Positions 45,789 to 59,612 are shown, counted from the first letter of the stretch. The stretch: 64,000 nt of DNA from Chrysomallon squamiferum (GCA_012295275.1 CM022670.1:16864001-16928000); one strand, 5' to 3'. Made by a program: numbers and translations. Notes: generated by a model not told the origin, from the sequence alone.

Positions 45789-45808
45789 GTGTTTTCTTTG
45801 TTTTACAG

Positions 45809-46632
45809 AAACGAAAGACAAAGTCGAAGTGGACACGTCAAGCGACTGCGACAGCGACACGCCGCACACAGAGAACAAGAGAGCAGCAACTATCACAACT
45901 CGGCACGAGAGTTCCGAAACGAGACTGAGAGAGGCGGAGAGCGCCGACAGCCCCACTGCGTACAGACCGGGTAGATTGACCCCGCTGGAGATTCTCGAGC
46001 GCGTTTTTCCCCTTCAGAGGAAATCTGTTCTCGAGCTCGTGTTGCAGGGATGTAACGGAGACTTAGTGAAAGCCATAGAACACTTTCTGTCTGCGCAGGA
46101 CACGGTGATGGCACAACAGGCCGTTATTCAAGCGCAGTCCAGATCTACGAACTGTAAAACTAATCCTTTCCTTGGCAGACTGACTAGCAGCGTGTCTAAC
46201 ATAAACACAATGCGGCCCATGACTTCAGCGAGCAAACTCTCGTACGGTGGTCTGAAGTCGGCCTTCACGCCCCTGCCACCGCCTCCCATTAACCAAGGAC
46301 TTCATTCTGCTTTCACCCCGCATCTATCATCTTTTCCTTCCGACAGCTTCCGAGGATCTATCTTTTCTAATCACCCAAGAGCTAACGACCTCATCGGCTT
46401 CGGCCATCACTTTCCTTACTCTGGGTTTGGAGGAATTTCTCCTGCAAGTATTTCTGGAGTGATGCCGTCTCCGTTCTCGTTCCAACCGTACCGCCTTATT
46501 CCAGAAGTGACACCCGCATCAGCACGCACCCCGGACAAAAACAGTGAGAAGTCTGCAATGACGGACTCTGATCACGTCTCCGACAGCTGGGACGAGGGCT
46601 TGTCACCGAAAGATACAAACGAAGCGGACTGA
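45809..46632 (+). CDS. dmrt93B: Dmrt93B-type gene, coding exon 2 (DMA/CUE-like domain, Pro/Ser-rich C-terminus)
   Basis: Acceptor GTTTTCTTTGTTTTACAG|AA. The phase-1 join with exon 1 (G|AA = Glu) puts it in frame with the 45829..46632 ORF. Contains the DMA motif RLTPLEILERVFPLQRKSVLELVLQGCNGDLVKAIEHFL and SAFTP motifs; stop TGA at 46630-46632. Spliced CDS is 367+824=1191 nt (396 aa). Confidence 0.92.
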
Positions 46633-46668
46633 AGGTTACCACAGCATTCTGACCAGCATGCTGTTGTT

Positions 46669-46674
46669 AATAAA
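46669..46674 (+). promoter_or_regulatory. Candidate proximal polyadenylation signal of Dmrt
   Basis: AATAAA 37 nt after the stop codon. The hexamer is common in this AT-rich DNA, so the real 3' end may lie further downstream. Confidence 0.3.
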
Positions 46675-47886
46675 AAAAGTAATTAGAGTTTGATGAACAA
46701 ATTAGAGACTTAATGTGTTGACTTTGATTCGTTATTGCTCACTTTACACCAAGCAAGAAATGTCGATGTTGCGCAATTATTGTTGCAGACAAACTGTGAA
46801 AATAGGTGTACAAATATAAATGTCCCAAGAATATGTATATAAATATGTGTCTGTACATATATTGTTATTCTTTCCGCAGAAAAGTATTTATTTAAAACTG
46901 ATATGGGTATGTAATATACGTTTACAAAGGTTACAAAAAAAAAAAAAAAAAAATGAAAAAGGAGAACTAAATTGATGGCTCTGTTATTTTCGTGACAAAA
47001 GCAAATCGCGACACAGCCGCACGTTTTGCTCAGTGTCTCTTTTCTTTCCATCTGGCGTCACCGTGGTTGTGCAATATCTGTCGCTTGGATTAACACGCGT
47101 ATCACGTTCGCTGTGAACCTGGTGACACGAGCGAGGCGGGGTGAAGTAGGTGTCTCCGGCGCGGTACGGTCTGACACCCTCGTTGTCACACTGATTAACC
47201 ACACCGCGGACTGCTCTGTTTACACTTTCAGTAGGTTTCTTCCAACGTCTCGTTCCCAGACTTGAACTCCAGTGGTTTGGATGACGGGGATCGAGACTGG
47301 AGGCTGGACTCCTGTCTCCGCTCAACAATGTGTCGGTAAACAGTCGGCCGGCAGAAAGTCGCCTGGGTGGGACGCTGCCAATAGACTAATATCATTCTTA
47401 CCGGTAAAACCACGAGGATGTGCCGATTCGAGTGTGCGCAGGGAAAACAGATCCACGCTTTTGTCAGTGTTTAACTTGACTGTAACACTATACACCTTTG
47501 CAAAGTTAGACACAATACATATTTAAGTGACCACTTATCGTTACTTTGCAAAATGCACTTCTTTTATCGCAAACACGAGCTATTGAGGGACGAGAGACGT
47601 ATTGTGAAATGTCTATTTCAAAGTGATTGCTGGAACTTTTGATGTTTCCATCGCTTTTCTCTCTGTAGTCAGGAACGCGTCTTTTTGTGCGACTGTTGAC
47701 AGATAAAACAAACACGTGACATCGTGTCTACGGCTTGATGTTTGATCACTAAGTATTGCTTTCTACTATGTGTTTTCGTATTCTTCCTGTATTCGTTTGC
47801 AGTATGTTACAACTAACGTTTGCTAGTAACTACATAAACGTGCAATAATTGTTTGTTTTTAACTACATGGCGTTAACAAACAAAAG

Positions 47887-47929
<43 letters not shown>

Positions 47930-47935
47930 TGTATA

Positions 47936-47975
<40 letters not shown>

Positions 47976-48752
47976 TTAAAATATGATATAATAAAATATA
48001 ATATATTTTTATTTGTTTATATTTTTATATATATATATTTTATTACTTAGATGACACATAATCAAAATATCAACATTTTTATTTGTTTTTTTTTAACTTT
48101 ATTTTATTACTAAGAAATTAACACATTTTTGTTTTCTTTTTTCAAATGAGCATTTTTCAAACTGAAAGACTGTTTTATTTATTTATTTATTTATTTATAG
48201 AATTACTTATGAAATAAAGGTTTTAACGACAATATCAACAGTAACAATAACAAGAACAACAGCAACAATAATAAATATTATTATTATTATTATAGTAGTA
48301 GTATTAATGATAATAATAATAATAATAATAATAGTAATAATAATAATAACTATAATTAATAAATTAATAATAAAATAATAATAATAATAATAATAATAAT
48401 AACTATAATAAACAAATAAATAATAAAACTTCTATATGTTTAGAGAGAGAGAGATGTACTGCTATTTTACTATTTCAACCTGTTAATTTATTTGAAAGTA
48501 CAAGACGATTTAAACACTAAATCTGCCTTCAAACTTCGTCCGGTTTAATAAAATCCCTATGCATTTAAATATTTTAAAAACATTTTCTAACTGCAACTGA
48601 ACATGTTGACTTCGACACCTTCACGATTCGTCAGCTGACAAGAAACACTGAATACTATCTGCCTTGAACAGCTGTCTGATTGATAATAGCACTATAGTTT
48701 ACTGTATATTGAAAATAGGGGCAATTCCGCGCCATTTCCGTTGAACGAACAG

Positions 48753-48766
48753 CTGCCAGGGGGCGC
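48753..48766 (+). promoter_or_regulatory. CTCF-like motif
   Basis: CTGCCAGGGGGCGC resembles the CTCF core CCASYAGRKGGCRS and lies in a GC-richer island between the two genes. Confidence 0.4.
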
Positions 48767-48958
48767 ACCGTGTCAGAATTCTCTCAGATACGTTACTAAG
48801 CAATGCCAAACTGATCGGCGTGTTCATTCTGTCTGTTAGATGTAGCGTTCTCGTGTTTCCCTCCTCAGCAGTTGTTGCAACAGCAAGATGCAGGGGGTCA
48901 GAGTATGTAAAAGTCATAATACGTGTCGGTTACTTAAGTGATTCCAGTGGCGAGGGGG

Positions 48959-49061
<103 letters not shown>

Positions 49062-50343
49062 GAGAAAAATATTCAGAGATATATAACAGTCAGTCAGAGA
49101 GAAAAAGAGAAAGAAGAAATGTAAAGACAATCACAGAGATGAGTAAAATATACAGAGAGACGGTTAATACCAAAAATAACATTAAAAGTGTTTTCTTGTG
49201 CAGACATACCGAGACGAATAATCGAGATTACCCCATAACCTCGCCCCAAGTAGACTGATTCTGTCCACGGCCTCTCAGCTTAGGGTGTGAATACTAGCCT
49301 TGACATATATCTTACTGACTTTAAGTTTTACATAACTAATTGAAATTAATGTCTCTGATATATTTAATTTAAACCGATAGTTCTTCTTGCACAAAAATAA
49401 ATAAATAAATATATAAAATAAAGTTACAAAATCACTATACGACATGAATATGCTTAAATATTAGTGTGCTATAGGCGGTGCTTTTTCAGTGTCTTTCATC
49501 AGTTTTGTCTCTACGTTTATTTTTCAAGTAGTCTCACTGATTAGTTACATTGTTTTAAATTATTATGAACATTTCAAATTTCAATTTTCATCTAACTTAT
49601 CGCCTAAAATTATTTATTAAAAATTAAAGAATCTATTACCCACGCTGTCTAATTAAGCTGATACACAATTCACATTTGTTCTAACGATATTTTAGTCCTT
49701 AATAAAATATTATAGAAACCTAAATTTAAAACGAGAATAAAATAAAAAAAAGTTTTAAAAAGTTTTTATTTTAAAATAATTTATTTTGTGATAGTGACTA
49801 ACGTATAATTAAACAGATCTATAATTTTAATAAAATTTCAGAAGAAAAAATGATAAGAGAAAATAAATGATCCCCAGATCAGATTATTTGTTTATTATGC
49901 AAAAACAATAAATAAATAAATAAATAAATAAATAAATTTTAAAAATTTTAAAATGTAAAGAGAGAAAGGTTTTCTATGTTATCATTATTACTAAACAAAT
50001 TTTATTTAATAAAATAATAATAAAAATACCAACCAAAAAATTTAAAAATTATAAATATTTGTCTTAAACGACATCTATGTTTTGAAGAAATTAATTAATT
50101 CCGTAAATCAAATATGAATGAACATCTAGAAAGTTACTTAAAATAGGTCTTTTGTATCTGAAAATTATATATCTGTAGCTCTCCTGACTTGATAATTAAC
50201 ATATTTCAAGCAAATGCGTAAAATAAATAAATAAATAAATAAATAAAATTAGCACGCCAAAGAAATAAACACATCTCCACGGTCGTTTATAATCTTATAA
50301 TATATTCATTTTATATTTTACTTATATATTTTTATTTTTAATG

Positions 50344-50383
<40 letters not shown>

Positions 50384-50526
50384 TACACATACACACACAA
50401 ATATACATTAGATTAAATAATATATAAATTATTATTATTATTGTAACTGGTGGTGGTAGTAATAGTGGTAGTAGTAGTAGTAGTAGTAGTAGCAGTAGTA
50501 GCAGTAGTAGTAGTAGTAGTAGTAGC

Positions 50527-50564
<38 letters not shown>

Positions 50565-51089
50565 CAGCAGCAGTAGTGATATCAACAGGATAGTAACACG
50601 CGGAGGGGAAGAAGAAGTATATTTACGAACAAATCAAATTAGTAATAAAGAATTGTATTAGTGAATATTTATTTCATATAATACGAGTTACACTATCTAA
50701 ATATCAGTCATTTGAAGACAGAATCTTTTCTAAATGCAGTAAATAATAAATAAATATTAAACAAATACTTTTACTATAAAAGTATTGTTAAAAAAAAGAA
50801 ACAAAACAAAACAAAGAAACATTTTTTTTTGTTGTTGTTGTTTGTTTGTTTTTTTTGGTGGAAAGAAAGGCGCATAATAATTAGGTAATAAACGGTATAA
50901 AATTTGAGAATTTAATAAATAGTTTTTACATAGTCCGGTACGATTTACAACAACTTAAAAGCAAATATCACTCATTTGAAGACAGAACTTTGTTCTAAAC
51001 GCATTAAATAATAAACAAACAAACAAACAAACAAACAAATAGTTCAATTAGAATACCACGAATAAAATATTTCACTGAAAAAGAACTGA

Positions 51090-51144
<55 letters not shown>

Positions 51145-52239
51145 TGCACTGCTCCCACGGTGTAAGGTTCGTGGGTTTCATACAGTTATTTTAACGGTGT
51201 ATAAATAAAACATCCAAGCGGCGTCTGAATCAGACAGCCAACAGAATAATAAATCAAGAACGGTTTTTTATTGATAATGATTGAGATTTCGCAGTTGTGC
51301 GTTACTCGCAGCAGCCAACATGAAACGACAGCGCTAGCCGCACGCACGGCGGAGGCGAAAATCGACGTGGCTCACGTTGCACGCTAAGTGAAATACTCCG
51401 CTTTTATCAACAAACTGTTAGTTACAGTCAATTTCTTGCCTACACGAGAAACAAAAGAAACACTCAACAAATGAGCGAACTGTTTACATATTGGCTACCG
51501 AGTATTTGTAGCAGGTTGTGTCTGATGGCGAGGTGGATGAAACGCGACTCCAGTCGCTTATCACAAGTGTCTAGAATTGAGAGTTCCCGCGGAGTCGAGA
51601 AGGAGATGGTCCAAAGATGCTTGTTTGGATTGTTCATTATCTGGTGAGAAATTCGACCAACAATATCATTTCCAAGCGCAATATATTTCTTTAGGAAAGT
51701 CTAAATTGGTATCAAAATCTTTGTGCAAGTTGAGACGCCAGTACTTTATTTAAAAAAATAATAAATAGTGTATTCCACGCCTTTTCTGAAAACCAAAAAT
51801 ACAAAATGAAAAAACAAACAATCAAAAAAAAAACCCAACTATAATGAATGTATGTAAAATAAAAAGTATAAACTATAATGACATTCACCCACATCCAAAA
51901 TATTACAAAAAATGGTGATTATGAAAGAATTGAGTTAGACAAATAAAAAGAGCATTAATGTGAAGAATAAAAAAAAAAAAATGTTGTTACTAGATAACTT
52001 CTCTAAAAAAAAAAGTTCATATTATAATCCATTAAGCTTATAATTTTTTATTTATTTATTCTTTATTACTATATTTTATTGTATTTAAAGCATATTTCTT
52101 CTTCTTGCACATACATCTACAGCAGTACCTACTTACTGAAAAAAAAATTCATTATAAGGATTTCTAACTTTCTGTTCTGAATATTACTTCGGGGATCGAA
52201 TATTTTGACAAACTGCAAGACGAAAACTAATAATTAAAA

Positions 52240-52332
<93 letters not shown>

Positions 52333-53558
52333 AATAAATAAATAAAAAATAAATAAAATAAATAAATAAAATAAAATAAATAATTAAAAAGCTGCATCAC
52401 TCTGTGAACTGTATTTGTATGTTCGTATGTAATATTCTCGAATCAACTTTTCTAACAGTTTAATGCGACACTGTATCTGCTCCGAAGTGTTTCGTACTGC
52501 CGTTTCTGTCAGCGAACAAATCGCCGAGCTGTTTACGTTACACTTCCCACTAATGTGGTCGTGTGTACAGCGGTCTCTCATGTACATCCGTCCACGATTG
52601 ACGATGATTACGAGTAGATTTATTTTCAAATACTTAGTGCCAATTCCGAGCAAAGCGATCGCGCCGGTCATACTGTAAATAACACGTGTTTCGGGCACCG
52701 ACAGAAGAATGGATATTTATGTTTTTGTTTCTTAAGCGACTAATTCAGCTGGCGTGCTATAAAGAGGGCAAATGGGTGTCGGGCAAATTGCGCATTATTG
52801 ATGTCAGATGCGACGGGCTATGCAATTCATATGGATATTATTGTTTCATGTGATGTTGGTCGCATGGTTTCGATGATGTGCCTCCCAAGCTGGTGTATAA
52901 AACACGAGGTCTTCGGGTTTTTGTTGTTATTTCAGATGTCAGGGGATGTATCCTGTTCGCGCGGAATGCTCGGATACAGTATCCAGTGCATCAGAGGGAA
53001 GCGGCGAGCCGCGCCTCTCCTCCAGTACATCGTCCTCATTCCAGTAGCTGAATACTTCCTCCAAGAGAAATGTGTGTTCTCTAAAACACACAAACCACAG
53101 GAGTCGTGACAATATGATTTTAATACTTAGAAACCGGTGACGTCTTTCACTGAGGTTTATTTGTTTTATTATCAGTTCCATACTTGTACAAATCCATTCA
53201 GTCTTAGTAACTGTAACACAGACACTGTCTTGTCCTTGTCCTTGTCCATTTTTTCGAAACAAAATCCCATTGCAATAACACTGCATATTAAAACACAAAA
53301 ACTTTATAAACAAAACATTTTAAAACTTGTATAAAAGACTTAAGGTGTATGTGTCTGAATTTCCATTACAAGAAAAGAAAAGAATATATAGATATTAAAA
53401 CTCTACAAAGGCTGAGTATTTGTTTATTATTAGGAAATAAGAGAAATCGCAACTCCAATATACTAATGATATGATTATTTTCTATATTGTTATTAATTCA
53501 TAATTATACTGTTGTCTCTGTTTTATACAAATTCGAAAATAAACATGTGTTTTATCCA

Positions 53559-53670
<112 letters not shown>

Positions 53671-54323
53671 TTTCATTGCTTTAAGATATTATTCATTTAA
53701 ACGTCGTACATGGAACGTCTTAAAAAGTCATGTAAAAAAAAAAAAAATGTTCCTTGGAGCCTGAGCAAATATTGTATTTTCGGCATCATCAATCATGGCG
53801 CAAAGACGCTACTCCACGCGCTACGAGCAGACGATACGTCCCTTTTGCCCTTGGAGGGTTTCCACTTTCCTCACCTGATTACTGCGAGTAACTGTATTCC
53901 TTTGTATCAACGTTTATGGTAATTGGCGATCTTGTGTCGATACCCACAAACACGACAGATGACAAACAGAGTAATGCTTTTACATTTACACTTTCTATTC
54001 TCTTCATGCTTAAATCCTTCAGCACACTTTGCCTTATATTTATAAGGTGGTGCGCAAATGAGTGTAAACAATGCTCCCAAAGCGACAACGGTGCCAAGGG
54101 ACGCAATCGGAGATCGAATTGCCCGAGAAGGCGAAAGAAAAGAACGATTTAATTACCAAGAAGGGATCCGAATGTTTTCGAAAGTTGTCTGTCGCGCAGA
54201 AGTCGTTCTGCATTCAAAGTGAAGAAAGCGCTCACACTTGTTTCTGGCGACGTTGTCAAATTAAAGCAAACAAAGAAACTGATAGCTCTGTCCTGCGCAC
54301 CCTGTCGCCGACATCTTGTTAAC

Positions 54324-54350
54324 ACCGGAAATTAATGACGTCACTTCCGC
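54324..54350 (-). promoter_or_regulatory. Composite ETS-CRE promoter element plus a second ETS site
   Basis: The plus strand reads TGACGTCACTTCCGC at 54336-54350, i.e. GCGGAAGTGACGTCA on the minus strand, the overlapping ETS/CRE motif found in proximal promoters. ACCGGAAA lies at 54324-54331. Both sit at the edge of a CpG-rich island. Confidence 0.6.
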
Positions 54351-54503
54351 TTCAGTGAAAGAATAAAACAACGACAAGGAAACAAACTAGTAATAATAAT
54401 AAAAATAATAATAATAACAGCAATAACAATAACAACAACAACAACAGTGAAACAAACCAGTAATAATAATAATAATAATAATAATACCAACAATAATTAC
54501 AAC

Positions 54504-54569
<66 letters not shown>

Positions 54570-55809
54570 GGAGTAAATAAAATTAATTTTTGTAATGAGA
54601 TGTTGAAGACAGCTTATATTGGAATCTCTATAACCATGTTGCAGTTACAGAAGACATTAATATTAGCAAAGAAAAAATATATAAATTTCTTAATGTTATT
54701 TATTTAGCGATATATTAAGTAACCATTATTCCATATGCAGTTAAAATGCGCTACGTAACAAGACGGTTAAAAAGTTAACCAAAAATTTAAACATGTTAAT
54801 AGCTGAAAGATTAGATTAAAAAAAAAACCAACAAATATGAAAACATATTGTTTCGAAATCAATAAAGATTTTTTTTCGGGGGGGGAGGTGAGAAATGAAA
54901 TAACAGAAAATTAGAAATAACAAGAACGGAAAATTAGCGAGCAAGACAAAAATTTCTATTGGGTAAATCTTAATGGCGTGTTTACATTAAATGTGCCACA
55001 AGTCCTGATGACAGCGGGATGTCTAATTTAACTGCATGATATGACCAATGCGTTCTCCGAGCACTGCTTTCCGGTGAAAGGTTTCGGCGAGGAAAAGCCT
55101 AATTAGGCGCTCTGTGTTTCTTCACGAAAAACCCCAGAGGCTTTCGCAGTTTGTTTTATTAAGTGAGGCTTAATGAAGTGGTTTCCGAATTCATGACGAA
55201 AAATATTTGCACAAAATGCAATCAATAGCAGCATGGAGCGAATTGAATGCAAGTCAGCCAGGCTGGCCTGGAACAAGAAGTTGGACTGAGGATGAAGCGT
55301 GTTCCGGCGACATGTGGTGTAAGGGACAAACACACGGGCGTCCCGCTGCATTCATTAAGGAGACTACGAGGGACATATCGCCTCACTGTTCTCCATAATT
55401 AAAGGCTAGCTTTTCTTGGCAAGTTTTGCTATCACACGTTTCCTAAAGTTTTCTGTCATAATCAAAGTTGTGTTATATTCAATAATCAAAGTTAAAACCA
55501 AGACATCCTCGTACACACACACACACACTGACCGGTCTCTTTTATAAAAAATGTTTTCAGTTGTGTTCTCTAATTTCATTAGTGTTTTTAGTTTAGCAAA
55601 GGTGTTGAACATAATAAATAAATAAATAAATATTTCAATTACAAAACTATTGTATATGGCAGAGAGCAGTGAATAAAATATTTCACATGAAAGACGGGAG
55701 AGTAATAACAAATATAATTCAAAATAATAAACAAACAAATATATTTGTTGATATTGGTGTGATAATAATAATAATAATAATAATTATTATTATTATTATT
55801 ATTATTATT

Positions 55810-55843
<34 letters not shown>

Positions 55844-55949
55844 TTATCATTAACAACACGTATTATTTCAGTTGGCATGTGATTTATGTAAAATATACTG
55901 TTTATATTTCAATCGAAAACTCAAACAAATACATAAAATATATAATACA

Positions 55950-56260
55950 TTATAATATAATATGATATAATATCATATAATATAATATAATATAATATAA
56001 TATAATATACAGTATAATACAGCATAGTATTATAGTTATAGTTTACAATAGCATAGTATGGCATGACATAGCTTGATATGACATATGATATTTGATATAT
56101 GTGATATGATATGATATGATACGATATAATGTAATGTAATGTAATGTGACGTGATATAATATAATATAATATAATACAATACAATACAATAAAATATAAT
56201 ATAATATAATATAATATAATATAATATAATATAATATAATATAATATAATATAATGATAT
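55950..56260. repeat. Pentanucleotide (ATAAT/ATGAT/ACAAT)n microsatellite
   Basis: 5-bp periodicity directly visible. Confidence 0.9.
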
Positions 56261-56642
56261 AATATTAGTATAGTGTAGTATAACATCAGTATAGTATGAT
56301 ACGGTACAGGACAGTATACTATACTGAAGTAAAATTAATAAATGATAAAAGTCGAGTACACTTGATAGTCCACGTGTTTAATACAATTTTATTTATCTTA
56401 GAAGAACTTTAAACTGTAGATGGTTAGTAATTCATTATTTCCTAAAGCTATTTTACTATAATTATCCTATTAAATACTGTTTATTTTTGAAACGGTGATA
56501 TGAAAACATGTACTCAAGATGTATCTTATGTTTGAGAAATAAATAAGAAAATAATCTAAAACCATACAAGCGCAAAACTGTAAAAACTGTAATATAAAAT
56601 AATAATATAAATAAATATAAATGAAAAGTTAATAAATATAAC

Positions 56643-56676
<34 letters not shown>

Positions 56677-58487
56677 ATAAAAAAAGATAAAATAATAAAC
56701 ATAAAAAATAATGTAAATTAAAAAAGTATAAAACAGTGAGTAAATAAATATAGAACAGTAACAGAGAATAAAACAACAAAATAAAAATAGCAAATGCAAA
56801 TATAAAACAATCAGTTCATAAAAAAGACTAAAATAGTTTTATAAACAAGTGTAGAAACAGTAATAAAAATAAGTATGAAACAGTCACATAGATACATAAA
56901 AAACAATGATGTAAATAAGTTTAAAAGAATAATGTAAACAGACATTAAACAATGATATAAATAAATATTTAAAAAATTGTATAACAATTATTTTATTGTT
57001 TCTTCCAACATTTTTTATTTCAATGTTGTACTTATTTATCTTGCTGTTTTCTTATATATCAATCAACTTATATGTATATTTGTAAAGATTTAAAACTAAC
57101 TTAAATGACAAAACAATTTTTAAAATAAATATACAACAATTTTATATATATAAAAGATAAAACAGTGAGATAAATAAATACATTAAAATAAATAATTGCA
57201 ATACAAAATGTAATTATAAACAATATAAAAAAGCAAATATATATGCATATGTGCGTGAGTGTGTGTATTTTTTTCGCTGTTCATATAATATATGGTGTTT
57301 ATTTTCATATATATATATATATATTGCATTAAACCGTTTTACGCTACAGTATTAACCTTGATCTGTATACATAGGGCAGGGATCATTAATCTGTGTTTCA
57401 CTTTTTTTTTCTGCCTGGCACTCTGAACGTGGCCTGCCTCTTAACCTACATGTTGTAATTTTCTGGATCGCTAAGAGTGCAACGAAGCGGTTCAGTTTAT
57501 CGCAGTTTCTCTTTTTTTTTTAATTTATTTTTTCATTTAAACGGGAATCTCAAGTTCAGATTCTAGAGAAACAACATTATCGATAACAATAATATGAAAT
57601 TACATTAATTCAGATTTTGTTTTTTTTAATTCTTCCTGTGGTTTCTTTCGTTTCGTCGTCAATATTTTGTTATTCTCTCTTTAATGTAGCATACTGCAGA
57701 ATGTATAACAAATACAGCGTATGATCAATCTATGAATCTCACGAAGCGCATTAAGTGTTCAGATTAAGCTGTTATTTGTAACATTTAAGCTAATAACGAC
57801 ATAACAAAACAGGTTTTATTTTTAGCTGCTCAGTAAAAAAATTGGTAAAAAAAAAAAAAGGTAAATGATTATCGACTGTGACACTATGAGTGTCTAATTA
57901 TTATGGTTTAGTCAGCTCAAGTATTTCTTGGAATAACTGTACAGTTTTTCACTACCATTAGCGTTGTGAGTATTCTTGCAGGTTTAAATATTGCAAGTAA
58001 TTTTAAAAGTGTTAGAAATGTGACGACAAGAATATTTATTTAGTCAAAATACTTTTTAATTTTATTTTATTATTAATATATATTTTTTTTTTTATTTATT
58101 TATTTATTTATTTATTTAGTTGTTTCTTGTTTATATTTGTTACTTTTAATTTCATTTTTAATTTATATATATATTTTTCATTTTTTCATTTGTTCATTTG
58201 TTTATTTATTTATATATTTTATTTCATTTACTTATTATCAGACATAGTTGATTATCTATGTTAAAAAGAAAAATGTCCTTGTATTTACAATAGTAATCGG
58301 ACAATTCTGTTTACTTTAAATACATAAATTTATTTACATGGTTAAGAACTAAAGAGAAAAAAGTAACCACATTCTCTATGTTACAAGTTATAACTTTCAT
58401 ATGTTTCCCATTATTCTTTTTTTTTCTTCGTTTTTTTGTTTCTGCTTAAAGCCATTTCACAACAAAGATATTTACGACGACAATAAC

Positions 58488-58764
58488 ATGGGCACCAACT
58501 CTAGTCTTCGACGACGACGACGACGACGGCCAAAGACGATTCCGCACCGCGGCTGCTACGGTGGGGATGTTGGCCCGACACACGGGCCAGGCCAACAGGG
58601 ACAGGAAGAGGTCAGAGCTGAAGGCGGCGCTGGAAAGCATGAAGAGGGAGAAAGCGATGACGTACCTGCAAATAGAGAGCGAGGAGAACGACAACCCGTC
58701 CAGGTTCAAGTTAAACACATCCGGGGACTTCGACTCGTTTCACGACAGAAACAAAGATCAGAAG
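58488..58764 (+). CDS. PHF24: PHF24/GINIP-like protein, first coding exon (apparent +1 frameshift around 58506-58530)
   Basis: Acceptor-like TTTTTGTTTCTGCTTAAAG ending at 58451. AACATGG Kozak start gives MGTNSSLRRRRRRR. The +1 frame continues QRRFRTAAATVGMLARHTGQANRDRKRSELKAALESMKREK...DRNKDQK to donor AAG|GTCGGT, phase 0, which joins the PHD exon in frame. Confidence 0.7.
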
Positions 58765-59035
58765 GTCGGTGTGTAAAATAAAATACAGAATAATCCAGCA
58801 TGGCTGGGAACGTCTGTTGAATTAGAAAAGAGAAAATGTAAACTGAAGAGAATTAGTTTTTTAGAACCAAAACGGGAAAAAAAATGAAAGGAGGGACTAG
58901 TTATATCGACGTCTTATGATGCGTGTGTTATCGTATAGCGGTCTTTACGAATTATACCAATTCTACCTGTTATTTTTAATAATACAGCAACAGCTACTGT
59001 TACTGATACTATTATGATGATGATGATGATAATTA

Positions 59036-59086
<51 letters not shown>

Positions 59087-59327
59087 TGTTGTTACTATTG
59101 TCGTTGTTTTTGTTACTATTATTATTATTATTATTATTATTTTATTATTATTTGCATTATTTCTTCTGCGACTGCTTTTTTAATGTCTCTTGATAAACGA
59201 GTGTGTAATTAAAGCTATTTTATTAAAATAATCAGATAGATAGATAGATAGTTAGATAGATAGATAGACATAAATATAGATATAGAAATATTTAAATAAA
59301 TAAATAAATTTTTTTTTTACATATATC

Positions 59328-59372
<45 letters not shown>

Positions 59373-59432
59373 ATTTTTATTTTTTTATTTTATTTTTTAT
59401 TTAATGATAATAAAATCATGTTTGTTTGACAG

Positions 59433-59612
59433 GACTCGGTAGAGAGTTGTCACATCTGTGATAAACTCGCTAACGTTGATGGATACCCGTGTCGAATCTG
59501 TAACAGAATATTCCACAAACACTGTCTGGAGAAAAGCGGAGACTGTCGACAAATTGACCTGCAACTCCTTTCTCGCGCGCACACCAACATTGGATGGAGC
59601 TGTTACATTTGC
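59433..59612 (+). CDS. PHF24: PHF24-like exon: PHD-type zinc finger
   Basis: TTGACAG| ... |GTGAGT, 180 nt, phase 0/0. Translates DSVESCHICDKLANVDGYPCRICNRIFHKHCLEKSGDCRQIDLQLLSRAHTNIGWSCYIC, a Cys4-His-Cys3 pattern matching recalled PHF24 motifs PCRVCTRVFH and AHTETGWSCHYC. Confidence 0.88.

Larger units (their letters stand above)
31409..45808 (+). other. Dmrt intron 1 (14,400 bp, GT-AG, phase 1)
   Basis: Canonical donor and acceptor give an in-frame DM-to-DMA junction. No convincing internal coding exon was seen. Confidence 0.8.

Noticed and set aside
49544-49553. DM-domain binding-site match GTTACATTGT and scattered ACAATGT cores suggesting autoregulation
   Set aside because: Short AT-rich motifs expected by chance at this base composition, and not clustered.
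52808-52866. Possible pre-miRNA hairpin closed by ATGCGAC/GTCGCAT
   Set aside because: Only a 7-bp stem is convincing. The interior pairs poorly and matches no miRNA I recognise.
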